This document shows, in pieces, positions 20,301-24,923 of a stretch of 24,923 nucleotides of DNA. Each line of letters begins with the position of its first letter. Within the stretch, counting starts at the first letter, position 1. The stretch is from Paraspadella gotoi. Lineage: Eukaryota > Animalia > Chaetognatha. The DNA is taken from the NCBI GenBank assembly GCA_051294375.1, contig CM119268.1:7436202-7461124 (forward strand), in the 5' to 3' direction. A program made the translations under genes and the position numbers. The notes under the pieces were generated by a model. It worked only from the letters and a program-made list of their open reading frames with translations, made no database searches and had not been told where the DNA came from.

Positions 20301-20789
20301 AAAAAGGAAATGGGGGAATCACGACAGCGAAGATGACCCGAAGAAAGGGAAGTGGGGACGCGCCGCTTATTGTAACTTTAAGGTAAGTGATCCAATAAAG
20401 GGTCACGATTGTCAAATTAAATGATAAATAATTCTCTTTCTCTCTCCCTCCCTCCCCTTAATCGCATTCAAGGTCAAAGATGAAGCGAGCAACTACCAAT
20501 GGACTTTTCTCCATTCTTGTTGTTGTCGATAATCTCCACTCAAAATGCGGGAATCCTTGGTTACGAAAACAACATGATGTTCTCAACGGCGGATCGAGAC
20601 AATGACAAAGACCCCACCAACGAATTGCGCTCAAGTGATGGGAGGTGGATATTGGTTCAACGATTGCGGTCTCGTCGGAGAGTCTATCGTCACTACGGCA
20701 TCGAGGAGGGTGGTTGGGAAGACCAAAAATGTCCCAATTGGGAAAATTTCACTCCTTCAAGGATTATCATGGCAATCTTTCATGATTAA
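17326..20789 (+). pseudogene. Secreted fibrinogen-related domain (FReD; ficolin/angiopoietin-like) gene; exons 17326-17383, 17464-17507, 17753-17861, 18858-18977, 20215-20382, 20473-20789; frameshifted as assembled
   Basis: Signal peptide MGKFLIVILLISFVMVACG, then a short charged coil-like segment. FReD motifs: FNESNTWQKYKAGF, GNIWLGLDTLHSLT, AAYCNFK|VKDEASNY, MMFSTADRDND, NCAQVMGGGYWFNDC and terminal IIMAI. Introns are GT-AG with phases 1,0,1,1,0. One frameshift falls in exon 5 and three in exon 6. Confidence 0.85.
17872..18618 (+). mobile_element. Non-autonomous Helentron/DINE-1-like element (HINE) in intron 3
   Basis: T-run start, subterminal inverted repeat GTCGGATCTGC (17878-17888) / GCAGATCCGAC (18589-18599), and 5' palindrome ATCTGCTTATAAGCAGAT. 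It also has a GTCC/GTCT/ATCC microsatellite, repeated TGAAATTT cores and a 3' stem-loop. Copies are at 14362-gap, 3836-3968 plus 5438-6099, and 10933-11047. Confidence 0.7.
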
Positions 20790-21484
20790 ATTTATCAATA
20801 CAGATTGTGAGAAATTCTGAAATCTCATCTTCAACAAAAATATAAATCTAATTGAAACTTTTCTTGTGAAATATTTTTTTAGAGATTTAAATGGGTTAAC
20901 ATTTATGCATATTTTGGATAGTTTGTTTTCATACCATCAAGCTTCAACCAAATTAATTGCTCCCACCTTTTTGTGACTAATATGTGGATAAGGCGCTAAG
21001 TAGGCTTAAAACTACTATCCGTATCTTCTGTGCCCCTCAGACGTTTTAACCAATTAACGTTACCGGTTAATCACCGATTAAAAATACCATGATGGAAAAA
21101 AAATTGTTGCAGTTACTTTCCAGCTATTTTTAGGCATTTTAATGTGAGAATCGAAAAATAAAATTTACATATCAAAAAACTTTGGCCTTTTGTGATTCAT
21201 ATGAGCGTGTATATCATTTATGTACGACAAAAAATACAAGAGTACCATGCAAAATAAAATGAGTTGTCCATAAAAATGCTTTTTTTTATTCTTTTTCATA
21301 TCTACACTATTCATTTATACTAATTTCCGGTTCTTTTTTTTATTAATTTTGAGTTAAACCGTTACTATTAAAAATCCTGCCTTTTCTCAGTTTCATGTCA
21401 AATAGTTATTGCATCATCTCCATACAGATAGATTCAGGGATGAATCTTAATTCATATGTAAAAATACATAAATACTGTAGATTA

Positions 21485-23052
21485 TGTATGAAAAATTTTG
21501 AAATCAAAAAACGAATATTGTGTAAAATTTGCCCATACATCATATGAATTTTTTGAACATTTTTTTTCAAAAAAAAATTTATAGTAAATGCTGCCAACTT
21601 TGAAAAAAAATGAAAAAAAATGGTAAAAAATGGACTTTTTACTAAAAACATCTTTAAAAGCTTTATTGCAAGAGGAACAAAATCCAAACTATCTTGTAGA
21701 TCGAGTTTTTTTACAAAGGAAAAACTTATTGTTTTGGAAAATTTTTGATAAAATTTTTTAAAAATGATATTTTTTAACAATGTTGCGTTAAATATTTTTT
21801 TAAAAAATATGGCGAATTGAATAAAGAGATAATTGCCTTTGTTTTGCTGAAAGAATTTTTAAAAAAGGATTATCGGTTAAAAAGTTTAAAATATCTTATT
21901 TAAAAGTCATAATTCCATTATAAAATGATAAAAATAAAAAAAAACTTAATGACCTGGTGAGACAAAATATTAAAGTTACCCATTGTCAAATCAGAATTTA
22001 CTATTTTTTTATTTACTCTGAAAAAAGTGCATTCCCTTTTTCCCTTTAGCCTAGTTCAAACCTATTAAATAAAAATAATTATTAAGGAATAAGATTTTTT
22101 TTGAATTAAAAAAAATTATAACTTTTTAACCGATAATCCTTTTATAAAAATTCTTTCAGCAAAACAAAGGCAATTATTTCTTTATTCAATTCGCCGTAAT
22201 TTTTTTTACAAAATATTTCACAAAATTGTTAAAAATATCATTTTTTTAAATTTTATCAAAAATTGCCCAAAACAACAGGTTTTAAAAAAAAATTTTCCTT
22301 AGTAAAAAACTAACTTAATTTATAATGCGAGGTATGTAACATAGTCAATTTTTTCCGCTCTACAAGATAGTTTGGGTTTCGTCCCTCTAGCAATAAAGCT
22401 TTTAAAGATATTTAGCAAAAAGTCCATTTTTTACCCTTTTTTTTCATTTTTTTCAAAGTTGGCAGCATTTACTGAAAATTTTTTTTTGAAAAAAAATGTT
22501 CAAAAAATTCATATGNNNNNNNNNNNNNNNNNNNNNNNNNNNNNNNNNNNNNNNNNNNNNNNNNNNNNNNNNNNNNNNNNNNNNNNNNNNNNNNNNNNNN
22601 NNNNNNNNNNNNNNNNNNNNNNNNNNNNNNNNNNNNNNNNNNNNNNNNNNNNNNNNNNNNNNNNNNNNNNNNNNNNNNNNNNNNNNNNNNNNNNNNNNNN
22701 NNNNNNNNNNNNNNNNNNNNNNNNNNNNNNNNNNNNNNNNNNNNNNNNNNNNNNNNNNNNNNNNNNNNNNNNNNNNNNNNNNNNNNNNNNNNNNNNNNNN
22801 NNNNNNNNNNNNNNNNNNNNNNNNNNNNNNNNNNNNNNNNNNNNNNNNNNNNNNNNNNNNNNNNNNNAAAGATATTTAGCAAAAAGTCCATTTTTTACCC
22901 TTTTTTTCATTTTTTTCAAAGTTGGCAGCATTTACTGAAATTTTTTTTTGAAAAAAAATGTTCAAAAAATTCATATGAAGTATGATACACAGTACACAGT
23001 ACACAGTACACAGTACACAATACTCGTTTTTTGATTTCAAAACTTTTTATAT
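21485..23052. mobile_element. Large foldback element: ~400-bp inverted arms around a ~230-bp spacer
   Basis: 21541-21700 is the reverse complement of 22359-22515, 21811-21886 of ~22120-22195, and ~21490-21518 of ~23019-23047. A (TACACAG)4-5 repeat at ~22986-23019 is in the right arm. Confidence 0.85.
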
Positions 23053-23117
23053 ATGGCAAGGTCTACTATACAAGATATGAAATGAATAAAAATCAGAGGA
23101 GCGAGAGTTTGATTTAT

Positions 23118-23493
23118 TCGAGAGGAAGAACCGGAAGAGAGGAGACGAAGACGAGGAGGAAGCAAAGGAGGAAGAGAAGGAAAAAAAAGGGAGGAGGGGA
23201 AGAAAGAAGAGGGAGGGAGATGAAACGGATTGGTCAGAAGAAAAGAAGAAAAAAGGAGGAAGGCGGAATCAAAAGTGAAGTGCTCAGTCATCTTTATCTA
23301 CTGAGGACGGTTTTTGGTGTCTTAGAAAGATAGATGGGCCCGGAAAAAATCAAGGAAAGAAAAAAAAATAAAGAAAGAAAAAAAAATAAAAAAAAAGAAA
23401 AAAAGAAGAAAAAAAGAAGAAAAAAAAAGAAAAAAAGAAAGAAATAAAGAAAGAAATAAAAAAAAGAAAGAAATAAAGAAAGGGGGGAAAGAG
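23118..23493. repeat. Purine-rich low-complexity tracts
   Basis: Almost pure A/G runs at ~23118-23270 and ~23343-23493. Confidence 0.9.
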
Positions 23494-23755
23494 GATCTAT
23501 TTAACATATTTAACATAATTGCGCCCAAACATTTGAATAATTATAATCCTCATGAATCTTGAAAACAAGTTTGAGCAAACAATTTTGGATCTGCCTACGA
23601 TAATTAAGCGGTAATAAGCTAATCCAATGATAAATCATGGTAATTTTTCTTACTCTCAATTTGTGATTATAACAAATCATAACAGCCTTTTTAATAAATC
23701 TACGAAAAAATCGATAAATCAATTGATCCTTCATTACCAGTAGCTGTGCCAATAC

Positions 23756-23954
23756 CAACTGGCATAATTTGGTCAATTTTCATTATTTAATCAACTTGCA
23801 TAATGAAATCAACTGGCATAATTTGTCAATTGACATAATTTGGTCATATGGCATAATTTGACCAACTGGCATAATTTTGTCAACTGACATAATTTACTCA
23901 ACTGCAAAATTTGGTCAACCGGCCTAATTTGGTCAATTGGCATAATTTGGTCAA
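23756..23954. repeat. 18-bp minisatellite, consensus CAACTGGCATAATTTGGT, ~11 units
   Basis: Head-to-tail degenerate units without spacers. Confidence 0.9.
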
Positions 23955-24004
23955 TCAATCAGAAAGAGATAGAGAGAAATCTTTAACAATTGACATAAAT
24001 GTGT

Positions 24005-24909
24005 CTTTTGGTTTTCTGTTTTAAACTCTTTTCCACGATTCCATCAAAAACTTATATCCAGCTTAATCTCTTAGTTTACTACCCACAGACCAAATTTCAT
24101 TTTAATTTATCTATCCAATTTTTAATAAATATAATAATTATGAGTAAATATAAGTAAAAATGCTTCAAGTAAATATGACTTTTGTTTTTCCATTTAAACT
24201 CATTTCCACTCGCACGATCATTAGCGGGAGTTAATTAATAAATTAATTAATTTGATCCAAAATGTTTGTTTTTAGGTCTTTTCGTCACTTGCCAGTTACC
24301 ACGACAAAAGCAACGACGACGATGATGGCGACGACGACAATAATGACAATAACTATTTACTTAATTGATTAATTGATTAAATAATTAATAAATTGATAAA
24401 TAAATTGATTGATTGAATAATTAATTAATAGCTAAATAATTGATTGATTTAATTATTAATTTATTGATTAATTGACTGATTAATTAATTTATTGATTATA
24501 CATCTTGCATTTACATTAATATGAAAATAAAAAGAAGGCATAATCAATTATTGAAACAGGTTTTTTTGTTTTTCCATTTAAACTCATTTTCACTCAGACG
24601 ATTTCATCGAAACTTGATTTCCAGCTTAATCACACACTTTCCTACCCACATACAAAATTTCATATCAATCATCCCATCCACTCATGAGTAATTGGTGTTT
24701 AAATGAAAAAAAAATTTCACTATTTGAACTCTTTTCCACTTGCACGATTCCATCGAAACTTCATATCTAACTCAATCACACACTTCCCTACCCAAACACA
24801 AAATTTCATTCCAATCCATCCATCCATTCACCATTAATTGCTAAGGTGGGATGGACGGACAGACAGACAGACAGACGGACGGACATCATAATTCGATGTT
24901 CTGACATGA
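24005..24909 (-). mobile_element. Diverged, inverted member of the same HINE-like family
   Basis: atcataattcgatgttctgacatga is the reverse complement of ~17992-18016. It has a GACA/GACG microsatellite at 24850-24885, several ccatttaaactcattt cores and gatccaaaatgtttgtttt. Confidence 0.75.
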
Positions 24910-24923
24910 TATATGTGAATGCC

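Noticed and set aside
14566-22938. Long ORFs made mostly of X residues
   Set aside because: They are artefacts of translating N gaps. Only the end of 14576-15193 is real (FReD exon 4).
22868-22977. Tandem duplication of 22404-22515
   Set aside because: Near-identical sequence on both sides of an N gap is most likely an unmerged contig overlap.
23031-23528. Lys/Arg/Glu-rich and Phe-rich ORFs
   Set aside because: Translations of low-complexity purine tracts.
23756-23954. CRISPR array
   Set aside because: No unique spacers, degenerate contiguous units and a eukaryotic context.

Overview
AT-rich, gap-containing eukaryotic (metazoan, probably invertebrate) genomic DNA with no prokaryotic features. 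(1) 774-10413 holds a rearranged Ty3/Gypsy LTR retrotransposon on the minus strand with CsRn1/Kabuki/Boudicca-clade hallmarks: a CHCC Gag knuckle, a tRNA-Trp PBS remnant, and a gag-pol -1 frameshift site with a predicted pseudoknot. It is split at the RNase H/integrase linker by a ~3.9 kb copy of its own LTR plus downstream host DNA, and its 3' LTR is inverted. The ~430 bp putative LTR carries an antisense tRNA-like Pol III cassette. (2) A spliced gene for a secreted fibrinogen-related domain (FReD) protein lies at 17326-20789 (6 exons, frameshifts in exons 5-6). It is preceded by three partial duplicates that repeat exons 1-4, exon 3, or exons 3-4. (3) Other repeats include Helentron/DINE-1-like (HINE) elements, foldback elements, a CCA-bearing tRNA-Leu 3' fragment, an 18-bp minisatellite and microsatellites. 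About 711-1145, 2027-4520 and 5440-6750 look like indel-rich, unpolished long-read sequence, so part of the rearrangement could be an assembly artefact. I see no demonstrably new system. The best leads are the Pol III cassette in the LTR, the self-templated mosaic junctions and the phase-compatible FReD exon array.
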